Shown: positions 39,596 through 51,196 of the stretch, one piece after another
Position numbering within the stretch: position 1 is the stretch's first letter
How the letters are laid out: each line of letters begins with the position of its first letter
From: Catajapyx aquilonaris
Lineage: Eukaryota
DNA: 60,260 nucleotides
Direction: 5' to 3'
NCBI GenBank assembly: GCA_000934665.2
Contig: JYFJ02002270.1
Location: forward strand, 1 to 60,260
The notes under the pieces: model-generated
Seen by the model: the letters and a program-made list of their open reading frames with translations, nothing else
Told to the model about the DNA's origin: nothing
The model's database searches: none
Program-made: the position numbers and the translations under genes

Positions 39596-42376
39596 ATGTC
39601 GATCGCAATTCTTCTGATCACTTTGAGCCTTGTGTGCTGCGGAATGCTAAATGCTGATGTGCCCATAATGTCGGAATCGTGGGAACATGGTCTTCTGAGC
39701 AAGCTGATTCAAAAAGTCGCCTCGGAAACCGGTCCATGTGCTTTTGTCTACATCACAGATATGGCTGTTGGTGACATACGTGAGTTGTTGAAAGATGTGC
39801 AAGAACGTGACCCCAGCTCAGTCATGTTGACTCAGATGTCCAGATTCAATGATTTCACCTGGAGAAATTACCCCGGTCTGACCAGCCAGGACCAGCTGTT
39901 TTCATTTCTAACAATGCCTCCACAACTACGTTCACATGTGCAATCTGGTGCAATCTGCACGCTGAACATCTTCATAATAAGCACTCCTGAGCGGTTTCCA
40001 GAACTGTTGGTCCATACCGTTCACTTCGTTAGGATGCGGAATCTTCACGATCGTTTCATCATTTACATTAATCATCTTCCAACAGAAAGGTAATTTTAAA
40101 ATACATGCAAGACAAACGTATCGGTATGTCTTGTGGTACCCAAGGCAGTATGTCATCATAACCATCTTCCTGTTTGAATTGACAGCTTAAAAAGCCTGGA
40201 CATCTTCCTTCATGATCCAGCAGACGGCATCCGATCCAAGCTGATTGTCACGAAATCCACAAATGGCAGCCACTCCTTCGACCTGACCACCGTGTGCTTC
40301 TACTGCAAAGACGGTCATCCCACACTGGTCCACCTTGGTTCCTACCCAGATGGTCACATCGACACCCTTTACCCTGACTACTCCAACAACGCCTTCACGG
40401 AAGACGCTTCTCTTTGGGGTACATTGAGCCCGGTAGCCCAGAGTGGGCCAGGAGTCAACGAAATCTAGGTCAAGAGGTCGCAGTGCCCGCATTTGACCGG
40501 GTCATACTGGCCATGGAGGACTTTCTGAACGTCCGGATAGATGTTGTCCAAATGGAACCAGTCGCAGAGGAGGACTCCGAACGTCAGCTAGATAATGGCA
40601 CATGGATTGGTACGGTACGGTACCTCCTAAGTCGGAAGATTGATGCTTTCTGGGCGGGGCTGCCCCTCGTCAACAACCTGCAATATATCACTATGACATA
40701 TCCGTGTCTTTATGCCCATCTGACATTCGCCACTGGGAAGCCTAGGAGTATTATTCAATGGAAGGTAGGTGACGCAAAGTGCAAATGTGACATAGTGTTG
40801 CACCGTGTTCCGGTTCCATTTGTCACGCCTGAAACGTCGTGGAAAATTAATCGAAGGACACTTTTACCTCTTTGTGTTGCATGACATGAAATTGAATTCG
40901 ATTTTGACTTTCTGACTACTTAACATCTCGGAGCACATGCCATCAGTGTATGACTAGAACCATAATATTACGGACTGACAAACACATTAGCCAGTGTCAA
41001 GTTGTATAGAAGCTGTCAATACCATTTTATTGACATTCAAAATGCATCAAGATGTCACTCTAGGAGTTAGTCTTCTTGATTGTGATAATATTATAGATTT
41101 TGAGCATGTTCATAATAGTTGTAACCTGTCATGAATAACTACACAAAATAATTATGCGATAATTAGCTTTATTATAGCTCAGCTTCAACCTGATGGCTCA
41201 CGGCAGAGAAAGCCGGACATGTCATACGTTGTTTAACTGACTCAGAGTCTGTACATTCATGCCGATCGTAAATTGCCTTCGTAGATAGCACTATCAGGCT
41301 TATAAGATAGTGACACTCCGCTTTTTTGCTGTAAAGTAAAAATATCGTGTTTCTCGTGCACTGATTGTTTTAAGAGTCTGCTGCTAAAAAATAATGGTCG
41401 CGGGTAAACAAATGGTCAGAATCCCCAACAAGGTGTTGTAACCAGTAATATATTTTGAACTCCCATAATAATTTGCATTATTTTATAGGTCATCTACCGA
41501 CCTCTCACCTGGACTGTCTGGGCCCTCCTTCTTTTCATTCTCCTCCTAATGACTCTAGCCATCTACTCCGGTTCCAAGAAGATATCACCACCTGTCTCAG
41601 CATCCCTTGCCTTCTGGAACCTAACATCCATTCTGATGGAACAAGCCCAACTATTCAAATCGCCCTCTTCTTCTATCCGACTACTTGAAACCACTTTTGT
41701 CATATTCGCCATGATAATTTCCTGCGGATATCAGAGCAAATTGTTCGAATTTCTCACATTTCCTCCTCTTGAGTTTGTACCTAAAGATTTCCATGAACTG
41801 ATAGAGTCTGACTATCCCTTCAGTTTGCCCATAATAGAGCATATTGTCTTACGACGGGGTGTGGAGCAAACAGACTTGGAACTTTACAAACAACTTGTGT
41901 CCAAATCCGAACGAAGTGTGTACATTGCTAATGACTGCATGCAAATGACCCAGTTCAGAAAATTTGCATGTGTCACTTTTCATTGTCTGATGAGAAAGGA
42001 AACACACGCTTTTGTACAACCCTCTGGAGAACTGAATCTGAAGCTGACACATGCCAAAGCGTTTGATATTTATTTAGGAATAACGTACGGCAACGGAGCA
42101 GTTTTTGGTCCGGCATTAGGAAGGTTGTCTGCTGCATTGTTCGACGGACACTTTCTGCACAAATGGGAAGAGGATGAGGAGTGGTACAAATTTTTGAAAA
42201 GCCTGTTCCGGAAAAGAAGGCATTTGAAATCGTGGGAAGTTGAGCCCAATGCTGGTAAAGTCCTGACTGTCAATAAGTTGACATCTGTGTTTCTAGTCGT
42301 CTTGTTTGGTCACTGTCTGTCTACCATTGTCCTGCTCTGTGAACGCATTGTTGCCGCACATGACTATGCAACTTGA
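39596..42376 (+). pseudogene. Divergent ionotropic receptor (IR/iGluR-like), 3 exons (39596-40089, 40186-40764, 41489-42376), with a frameshift near 40385
   Basis: Signal peptide; S1 ERQLDNGTWIGTVRYLLSRKID; M1 IYRPLTWTVW; YQSKLFEFLTFP..PKDFHEL; terminal TM LTVNKLTSVFLVVLFGH. Exon 2 changes frame between YPDYS and RLHGRRF; the unshifted frame stops at 40466. Confidence 0.75.
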
Positions 42377-42782
42377 CTACATTGTAACACTGTAAAGTGA
42401 GCCAATAAATATCATGACCTCACCATTACTCCGTTATGACCAGTTCATGATAATGTACCGGCTGAGTACCCAAACCGAATGTGGGAAGTCAGTGAGTCTC
42501 ACGTGGTCATCGAGGGCACGAGTGACGCGTCTGTCACTTGGTTTGTACGTGACTTACCTAAGCATATAACACCCCAGACTTGGACTTTTGGGCTTCAGTT
42601 GGGCTTGAGTCAGTATGGGGATTGGACTTAGGCACTATCTCGACTGCTGCGTGCCCTTCTTAGGACACAATTGGCGAGTTGAAGAAAGCAGAAGGAAGAG
42701 GTATGAGAACAAGATGAAGGACTGGCCAGCCACACTTCTTTGGTTCAGCTCTTCGGTGTCGTCCATCCCTGAGGTCATCTCC

Positions 42783-43807
42783 ATGCCTCCGTCTCCAGAC
42801 GCCTCTCACGGTCAGTATGCCGGTCACTTTGCATGGCCTGTACAATTTCCCTCATTTTGATCTTATCGGTCGAGTTTTATCGTGGGTAAACGTGGACCCG
42901 ATTTTGGAGCTCGCTATCTTCTGAGCAAGTGACAATACAACATTTCTGATATTTGTTCCGTTTCGAGGAGTACACTGCTATAGTATTTACAGAAATTCTA
43001 CATGTAATTTGGTGCAATTTCAGTGACGTTGGGGGTAAGGCCTTACAACCTCGAAAGTGCAGGCGATTCTTCCGAGGAGGACCTGTGCTGCGGTGAGGTA
43101 TCATGTCCGATTCCTCAGTGTACGGAGACTGTACGGATACCAGACCTGTTGGAACACCTGACAGAGCATCCTCATCGATTCTCTCCTCATCATTCCTCAT
43201 TGTGCTGCCTCACATTCCACTCTTCAAGGCTCCAGGTTGCTCCCAAAGAGGATCGCAACCTCCAGTTTTGCCAGCAGTTTTACCGAATGTACAAGACACT
43301 CCCAAAAGGTCAGTATCCGTAGGACCAAGACCAACAGTGGTAAAATCCAACAACCCAGTAATTCCTTTCTTTTCAGTGGACATAGTGTGGAGTAGTGAAG
43401 ATGAGGAAGAAGTAGAGGAGCAGCTTCCTCCGCGAGTTATTAGTGCTCATGGCCTCGTGTTTGTGGCCCTGATGACCAGGTCAGTGGCCCCGTACCCACT
43501 TGGAAGATGGCGCCTGACCCTGTTAGTGAGTGAGGACAAATGGGACTTTTGGTACGAAGTGACCTTTCCTAACCTGCCTGGCAACCACCCCCTGAGGTGC
43601 TTCAGAGCACAAGCCTTGCCCATGGCTGGCAGTATAAGAGGCGATGACCATGATGACCCCTCAGGAATGTTGCCTTTGCACCAAGCCATACGGTTCTCGG
43701 ACCAGTTGGTGCCTCAGCCCTGTGACAGGAGGCAGAGGGCTGTCAGGCTCCTCGTGGAGCTCAAGATCTTCCTTCCTTCGTCGAAGAAAGTGTACGGAGT
43801 GTATTGA
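42783..43807 (+). CDS. Sina/SIAH-like zinc finger plus putative divergent substrate-binding domain, no RING; ~247 aa. Exons 42783-42810, 43024-43308, 43377-43807
   Basis: CPIPQCTETVRIPDLLEHLTEHPH resembles the SIAH-type C2H2 finger. The beta-rich C-terminus (VISAHGLVFVAL..WRLTLLV..FWYEVTF..VRLLVELKIF) is reminiscent of the Sina SBD. Splice phases are consistent; start codon uncertain. Confidence 0.55.
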
Positions 43808-44193
43808 AAGTGCCATGTGGTTCAAAAACGTACGATTTAGTGTTATTGTAGTGTCATGAGCAAAAACAATGGCGGTTAGCAGGAAAGTGCTGGAGTACAA
43901 GTTGTACTACAGAAACAGGAGGAACATACTGTATATAAGCTGTTGGGCAATTAATGTAGGTTCCTATATGCGCCTACATTTTGCACTAGTCGGTATTGCA
44001 TGGGCGAGAAATAAATTAAGGCAGGAGTTGGTGAAATTTTATTCAAAAACCCTAATGCGTTGTCTGATTCATATTTAGATTTATTAACTGAGGACACATC
44101 GTACACTTACTCAGTCACACTTACGTAAACTTACAAATATTTGCTTTTTAAACTATTATATAATATGTAGCCTACAAATTCCCCCTTTCGAAT

Positions 44194-44276
44194 TAACAAC
44201 CCAGGCAGAGAAACAAACCCCTAGGGGTTTGTTTCTCTGCCTGGGTTGTTATTGCCATACACAGCTGTGTATGGCA
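44194..44276. repeat. Two adjacent perfect palindromes (58 bp at 44194-44251; 24 bp at 44253-44276)
   Basis: taacaacccaggcagagaaacaaacccct|aggggtttgtttctctgcctgggttgtta and tgccatacacag|ctgtgtatggca. Confidence 0.95.
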
Positions 44277-45129
44277 GTCAATCTTGCAGTCAATAGGGAC
44301 ATCTCCATGTTTATGTTTACTCAATAGAAATATTTCACCGTAATTAGTCTAATGAAGATTTGGGCCAATAGAAAGCAATATTATAAAAGTCAAACAATAT
44401 TTCTATGGTAATGAAAACAGACTCGGGAAAACTAGTGGTGCCATTTGTGTTGGTGCCATTTGGATGTGTCGTAATAGCTCCATCTGCATACTTTGGTAAG
44501 TACCTTTACATTTGAGTCGTGGCGTTTCAAAAATGGCTATCTTCAACAGGCTCAGTGCATTTAACTAGTATATAGTGGTTTAGAAAACCCCAGGGCAACA
44601 ACACTTTCAATTTGAGCAGCACATCCTATAGTTCATTGCCTTTTCTATTATGTATAGGAATTCCTAGCACTCTAGCCCATCAATTTGCCGGAACAATCGC
44701 ACTGTCTCCCTCGCTCTTAGTAAATACGTATAGTATACATTGTATGCCAGTTATGTATGCCATTACAAGCATACAAGGGGACATGCTACATATAATTTAT
44801 GACACATAAAAGCTACAAGCACTCTTGTAGATGAAATGAAGTCTCACTTGACTTCATTCGCCTTATGCACAATCTATTATTTAAAACGAGAACGGTGCAT
44901 GCGTGATCACACAATACCGCATAATACACACACGACACACACAAAGATATAGGTTTGAACACACACCGCCACACCCAGAAATATTTTGTGATATTGTAAT
45001 TTTTAGTTAATTGATTTACATTCCCCCAAAGAGGCATATATTGCCCCATAAAATGTGGTATGTCGTTAAATAAATTATTATCGCTGTATGTCGTTAAACA
45101 ATTATTTACGACGTCCATATTGTATACAA

Positions 45130-47094
45130 TCAGTAGCATTTTTTGTAGCGTGCACTGTGAACTAAGTATTCGGCTAATAGTGTAAATAGAGCAGTGACGG
45201 TACCAAACTGCCAGAGATAAAATGGAGCAGACAATTCCTTCAAACTTAAGACATCCTGGTTCAATCTTTCCACAATCTCACGAAAGAGCTGGTGTCGATT
45301 TGGGAGAACGTGATTAGCAAAATTTACGAAAGTAGCATCAGACAACCATTTAGCATACAGATTTGCCTCAAAGAAACTGTTCTGCTGCCTCTGATTGGCA
45401 GGAGCATATGTTTCACCATGTCCGAAAATGGGCGAGAGAAATAGGTTGAATATACCTTCACCAGAAGACACCTGAATTCTCAAGTTACCATCCAGATCCA
45501 TGTATTTTGACTGTTCCATTTCGAGTCTGGTGTCTGAGCATATGCATGCGAATTTCTCTACAGATAACACTGCATCCAGACACTGAGTTATCTCCGATCC
45601 CATTGTTGCTTTTGCCATCATTTCATCATACAGCTGTTGGTTGGCCAACTGAATCGCCTTTTTCAACCCGATATACTCAATGATAGGCATACCGTACGTC
45701 CAGTCTGAATGGACCAACTCTTTGAAAGTGGTGGGCACGAACTCTTTCTGTGGAAATGACAAGTAGACAACAAGCTTAGACTTGTACGCGCAAACAACTA
45801 CGATGCAAAATAGTGCAAAAAACGAAGCAAATGCACAGTACGCTCTGTGAGATGGTAAACTAATCGGTTGTTCTATCAGTGCACGTACTGAGGTTCTAAG
45901 TGCTCGTGTCACTGACACCTTCTTGTATTTATACACTGACCAATACCTTTTTCTGAATATGTAGTACACAGAAGCAGCGGATATCAACACGGACAGTAGC
46001 ACCATCAGCCATACTAAGGGCGCAAAGGGTTCGTAAATCACTTGCCACCGAATAACACCTCGAGGTACTTTAGTCACGAATTTGAACTTGGGGAACAGTA
46101 TGGGATGGGACACCCGGATAAACTTAGCGGATTCGTCTGTCAGCACAGTGAACACTGCCACGTCCACCTTTCCACTGAGGATTTCCCCTATTTGACCTGT
46201 CCAGCTTCCATTAGGAAGTCGGCGTTCAAAGTCTTCATCCAAGGTGTCCAGTTCTTTAACATGGTACCGCAGTCCTATCTCATGTTCATTCACCACAAAA
46301 CCACGACCCAACACGTCCACTGCATTTTCACCAAACTTTTCGTACGTGTCACGAATCTCGTCCATGTTCAATGTATAAATAAACACAGCCCTAACCAAAT
46401 GCCCGTTCATAAATTTAGCAGTGTTAGGAAACACGTCGTACCTCAGGCCATCATTGTAATGGCCCAAATTGGTAACGACCGGATTTCCAGAATCGCAAAA
46501 CAAGCACACAGAAGACAACGAAAGTCCATTCGACGTGTATCTGGTGGCTAACTTGAGCTTAATCCCAGATGCAATCGGTTGCAACAATACCTCATCCGGA
46601 TTTCCATCTTGAAAATGAAACAAGAAGTGATAGTCCAAATTTTTAACATCAAAAGAGCTTGCCATGTGCAGGACAGTTTTTGCAAAAAATGCGGTGCGTG
46701 TGACCCAAGCGAAGTAGAAAGTGCAGATACCTCCAGACCAGAGGCTCGATTTGTGACCTGGAGGCATTGTGGTGAAGGAATACAACTGTTCAGTCCTCGT
46801 CAGCCAAGGATACTTGTCTAATGACACATCGTAGTCAGCATCCATCTTGGCGATGACATATGGACGATAAAAAGTTCCCTGACTGGCTAACAACTTCTGG
46901 AAACTATGTCCGAACCAATCCGCGTTCGTGTCCAGAGACAAGGAACACCTGGAAAGAGCCTCGGTGTGCAATAGTTCCAGCACAAGTTGAGACACTAGGT
47001 GGTCTTCGTGATCTACGTCACTCAAAGAAACGTTGCTCGTGACAGGACTCCAAAAGTACAAGCAACCGATGCTGAACAGCAGGACACGACACAT
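45130..47094 (-). CDS. Divergent ionotropic receptor, intronless, 654 aa
   Basis: Single ORF with signal peptide; ERRLPNGSWTGQIGEILSGKVDVA (S1); IYEPFAPLVW (M1); AYKSKLVVYLSFP..PTTFKEL; LSLKELSAPFYLWQFG..LLAEYL (terminal TM). Confidence 0.92.
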   Translation of the reverse strand: MCRVLLFSIGCLYFWSPVTSNVSLSDVDHEDHLVSQLVLELLHTEALSRCSLSLDTNADWFGHSFQKLLASQGTFYRPYVIAKMDADYDVSLDKYPWLTRTEQLYSFTTMPPGHKSSLWSGGICTFYFAWVTRTAFFAKTVLHMASSFDVKNLDYHFLFHFQDGNPDEVLLQPIASGIKLKLATRYTSNGLSLSSVCLFCDSGNPVVTNLGHYNDGLRYDVFPNTAKFMNGHLVRAVFIYTLNMDEIRDTYEKFGENAVDVLGRGFVVNEHEIGLRYHVKELDTLDEDFERRLPNGSWTGQIGEILSGKVDVAVFTVLTDESAKFIRVSHPILFPKFKFVTKVPRGVIRWQVIYEPFAPLVWLMVLLSVLISAASVYYIFRKRYWSVYKYKKVSVTRALRTSVRALIEQPISLPSHRAYCAFASFFALFCIVVVCAYKSKLVVYLSFPQKEFVPTTFKELVHSDWTYGMPIIEYIGLKKAIQLANQQLYDEMMAKATMGSEITQCLDAVLSVEKFACICSDTRLEMEQSKYMDLDGNLRIQVSSGEGIFNLFLSPIFGHGETYAPANQRQQNSFFEANLYAKWLSDATFVNFANHVLPNRHQLFREIVERLNQDVLSLKELSAPFYLWQFGTVTALFTLLAEYLVHSARYKKCY

Positions 47095-48380
47095 CTTTCC
47101 TGCCCGTCAGGACTGACTGACTGTATTAAGTAAGTACTAAAAAACGCTTTGGGCTTGGACAGGCAGCTAATCTGATAAAACCGGTCACGACATTAGGATT
47201 GGGGTCAAGACAAACGCGCACGCAAATAATTGAATCGATTCCGACAAATTAGCCTAATGTTTATAAGAGTAGCCTGTAGCCTACTGTGTCAGAGTTACGG
47301 CGACCCGACCATAAAGGCCCCGCGCCAATATACTACAAGAAAAATAGTCGCTAGCTCTATAATGTTGACAACTAAAACTCGTTGCATGAAAGGTTTTCTT
47401 TGCGACACGTGGATGAACTATTGACAGCCAGAAGATATAGCTATATTGGCTTAGCTAGAAGACATGGAAAACTAGAAAAGGGTGCGTTCGGCAGATTTCG
47501 GTTGACTATAGGAATTGGTAAGCGAAATCACGATATCAACAAATTTTATTTAAAAACATACGATCCTGCTCATGATCCTGCTTCAAACGAAGTCTTGAAA
47601 ATTCGCGCGTTTATACCGCACAGGGTGCCCACACCAAGAAAGTCACTCCTACTAATACTATTAATTTTGTAATAAACATAGTTGTTTGACATTAAATTAT
47701 TAAATTATTAAATCGTAGCCTGGCATCACAAGCACGTGTTAGTTGATTACAGTGCCTGTCAGTGACACCCTGCCTTTAGCAGCCTAGCTCAAAGATGGTC
47801 GCCGGCTGAGCCCACGCAGCGTTCGTGCAGTGACCTTGTAATAATTAAAAAAAAGAGTTCACTTCCGCAAGCTGTGTGCTGCTCGTGGTTGACTGCGTTC
47901 TTGGCCGGACTTCTGCTTGGCCCAGAGACAGAAGTTTGTTGCCCTCGGTACATACGCCCACACACTGCCAACCGCGGTGCCCTACATATCCCGACACTGA
48001 GACGTTCCCCATAGGACGGCACCCGGTGCACACCTTTGCACGTGAGAGGAACATTGCTAATCACTTTTCATTTGCAGTTCATGCCCATATGAGATGGACA
48101 TTCAATATCCGGCAGACATTTTTATGCAGGAATTGGGCTTCCATATATTTGCAGCCGGTGGTGGTTGGTCGCCTGCCAACTGCACTTTCAGTTGGGGTTG
48201 TCGGTGACGGGTGGGAGGGGCATGCTCTTCTGGGAATTTGAATTTTGTGCGGAACATTGGAAACAAGTTGCAGGGGAGAACGGAGAAGAAAAGTGCATGG
48301 CATCAATCAGTAACAATAGCATTCCATTTATTAACATTAAAAAAAGTGTATTGTCATATTCTGCATGTAAAAACAACGGT

Positions 48381-48442
48381 TGGAATTTTCATCCCACTGC
48401 TAGTTACCCGTATCAGTAACTAGCAGTGGGATGAAAATTCCA
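48381..48442. repeat. Perfect hairpin, 27-bp arms and 8-nt loop, just upstream of the RING gene's first coding exon
   Basis: tggaattttcatcccactgctagttac-ccgtatca-gtaactagcagtgggatgaaaattcca. Confidence 0.92.
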
Positions 48443-48538
48443 CCCAACATCTCTGCATATCACAATAATTTAATGAGATTTCTCACCTTCCTTGCAGCAG
48501 TTTTTTGTGTTCCCCCGAAGAAGCTCCTCTAGGATAAG

Positions 48539-49623
48539 ATGAGTTCCAAACGTTTGACCGACTTGCTAGAGTGTCCAGTGTGCCTTGACCTGATGGAAGG
48601 TCAGATCCTGCAGTGCCGCAATGGACACGGGGTCTGCAAGAAGTGCCGTGTTCGGATGAGCAAATGCCCCCTCTGCGGGAGGAAGTACGGATCAAAGGAT
48701 ATTCGCTGCCTTGCTCTGGAGAACCTTAGAGATGTCATTAGCAGGTCATGGAAATTATACATTATGCAAGGGGGGCAAGGCATGAGTGTAAATGTAGCAC
48801 CATTAGGATTATAAGCACCAGAGTTTATTTCCAGAGAGTTTATCAAGAATTATGCACCAAAATAGCGAGTCAGTTTCCTGTGAGGTGCAGATGCCACCTT
48901 TTGCTTTCTTTATGTTACTGTCGGATTTAATTTTTCCCCCAAAAATTGTCAGGCCAGTGCCCCATCAGTAGCTGGTACAAATTTAAATTACCCTTTATAT
49001 TTGTGTGCAGTTGGGTGACACTATAGCCTGAAGGGTATCTAAAATTATATAACAGGTTATGGCTCAAGGACAAGCAGGGAGGAAGTCTAACACAGGATCA
49101 GTCTTCCACCTGTTGGTTACAAAGCAAACTCCTTTTTGAATACTACCAGCTTGCTCCATGTTCCAACAATATAAATTGATTGCCAACCACACTCAGGCAA
49201 TAATTTTATATGGTGCATTATACGTATTAGCATGGTGGACATAGGAGTATTTCATGATAAATTACGAAAGAAATTTATCTAATGTGTCGGAAAGATGCCT
49301 GTGAGGTAACTTGAGGGTGGAAAAAAGGTTCTGGGATGTGTGTTCTCATTTAGTGAAGTAAGGCACTTTCTTGGAGAGTTATGGGCCGGAGAGTTTTGGT
49401 GGATTTTGGCAGACTTAGTTCTACGTGCGGTTTTTTGTTGTAGTTTTCTTGTTTGTCTGTCTATTCCTGGCCCTGTTTTTTTTTGTTCCTCTTCCCCAGG
49501 TGCCCCTTTCAGCATCCCCCACATCACCTGGTGTAGGAGGGGAAAATAATATTGGCTTTCATGGAAAGAGAGGTGGAATATATTACACTCACAGCTGACA
49601 ATTGGATGATGATGATGATGATG

Positions 49624-49703
<80 letters not shown>

Positions 49704-51196
49704 GTGCAGGACATTTGATTGACCACAATATTTTTTCTTTCAGCAGGCCTGATCCATCAGCTGCATCCTCGTCTCCCCCTAACCATGCAGACAATCCTAA
49801 TGCTACCTCAGCCGTTCTCCCTGCCACCATTGACCCAGCGACTGAGTCCCACCGCCGCATTCTCTTCAGTCGGAACCGCTGGAAGGACAGCGCAGATAGT
49901 GACAATTCCTCCAGCAGCTCTGTTTCTTCTGCATCGTCCACCACAAGAGGCAGTCACTATGACAGCAGAGACAGCATTGACCTGGACATAGATGATGACC
50001 CCATCTTTAATGATCCTTGGGATACCCCTGCAAGAGTACTCGGCCCTGGCGAAGGTACTATACATAGCTCATACTTGTAAAATACTAGAAGACAGTACAT
50101 TACTGACAAGATTTTCATGGACATTGAAATACCATAGTCCTGATATTATTATCATACTTGATGTGAGAAGTACCAAACTCAGTAAACCTAATCTGGCTGG
50201 CACGTTATTAATGATTGACAAACAAGAGCAATCCGACCAGATTTATTTCGCCGAGTTCTGTGCTGCCACCTGTATTCATTGGGTTGATAAATGGTTGTAC
50301 CTCACGAACATCCGAAAGTGTGGTAGCAAGCCTTGGGTGAAAGGGAATGCAGTGTAAGCATGAAATCAGATTTATTCATATTTAGGCCTGCATATGTAAT
50401 GAGTACAAAATTGTGGGGATGAGTGAATGAGGATTGAACTGAGGGTCAAATCTGGTCTGTCAGTCGTGGCTGAAGTTTTGTGGAATTTCTCGTAAAGACC
50501 CAATTTTTGAATGTCAAGATATCTCATTTTCCATTACCATGAAAGCACACAGGCAGGCATGTAAATATGGCATTAGCTGAAACTTTTTTTAAAGCAAGTG
50601 TAAATCTGTAGTACTGATTTAAAGAGGTACACATTCAGTTCACATACAGTAATACGTGGTGCACTCACAGACAAGCAGCAGTGGGAGTGGGCAACAAATG
50701 CATGTACACAGCACCTCCTACAGCTATGTCCAACACATTAGCTATGTTGGGTACACACATTAATAGTAACCCCAAAATAATTTAACTAACCTGTATCAAT
50801 GAAAAAACAATGGTTTCCACCAGCGATGTTTAAGCGATTTTTTCTGTTGATTCTGTAGTTGATTCTGACGCTGAGACGGAACCCTATGTTGACCCTAATA
50901 CTGAGCGCAATGATGACGAAGACTTCCAGTCCATGCACAGCGACAGCAGTTCATCTCTCAGCAGCCGTAGTGGTAGCCTTGGCACTATCTTCAGTGACGA
51001 TCAGCAGATGTCATCTGATTTAGATGACTCTGAAGTAGTGCAAGTTGACAGTGACTCCACTGATGAAGAAAACGTTGATGTTGTCAATGCTGACGACGAT
51101 CATGACGAAGACAGCAATGCATCCGACAGTCTCCTTATGTTCCCACCGTCACAGAATGTGTCATCAGAGAGTGACACTTTTTACAGCTTTGAATAA
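48539..51196 (+). CDS. Sina/SIAH-type RING finger protein with acidic Ser/Asp-rich tail, ~284 aa. Exons 48539-48744, 49744-50054, 50859-51196
   Basis: LTDLLECPVCLDLMEGQILQCRNGHGVCKKCRVRMSKCPLC..IRCLALENL closely follows the Sina RING pattern (LFECPVC..ILQCxxGH.VC..C..CPTC..IRNLAME). Downstream exons join in phase. Confidence 0.8.
49606..49702. repeat. Compound microsatellite (GAT)n(TAT)n in a RING-gene intron
   Basis: Seen directly in the sequence. Confidence 0.97.

Noticed and set aside
49279..49944. 221-aa ORF with poly-Asn/His
   Set aside because: Produced by the (TAT)n/(GAT)n microsatellite and the antisense of a RING-gene exon.
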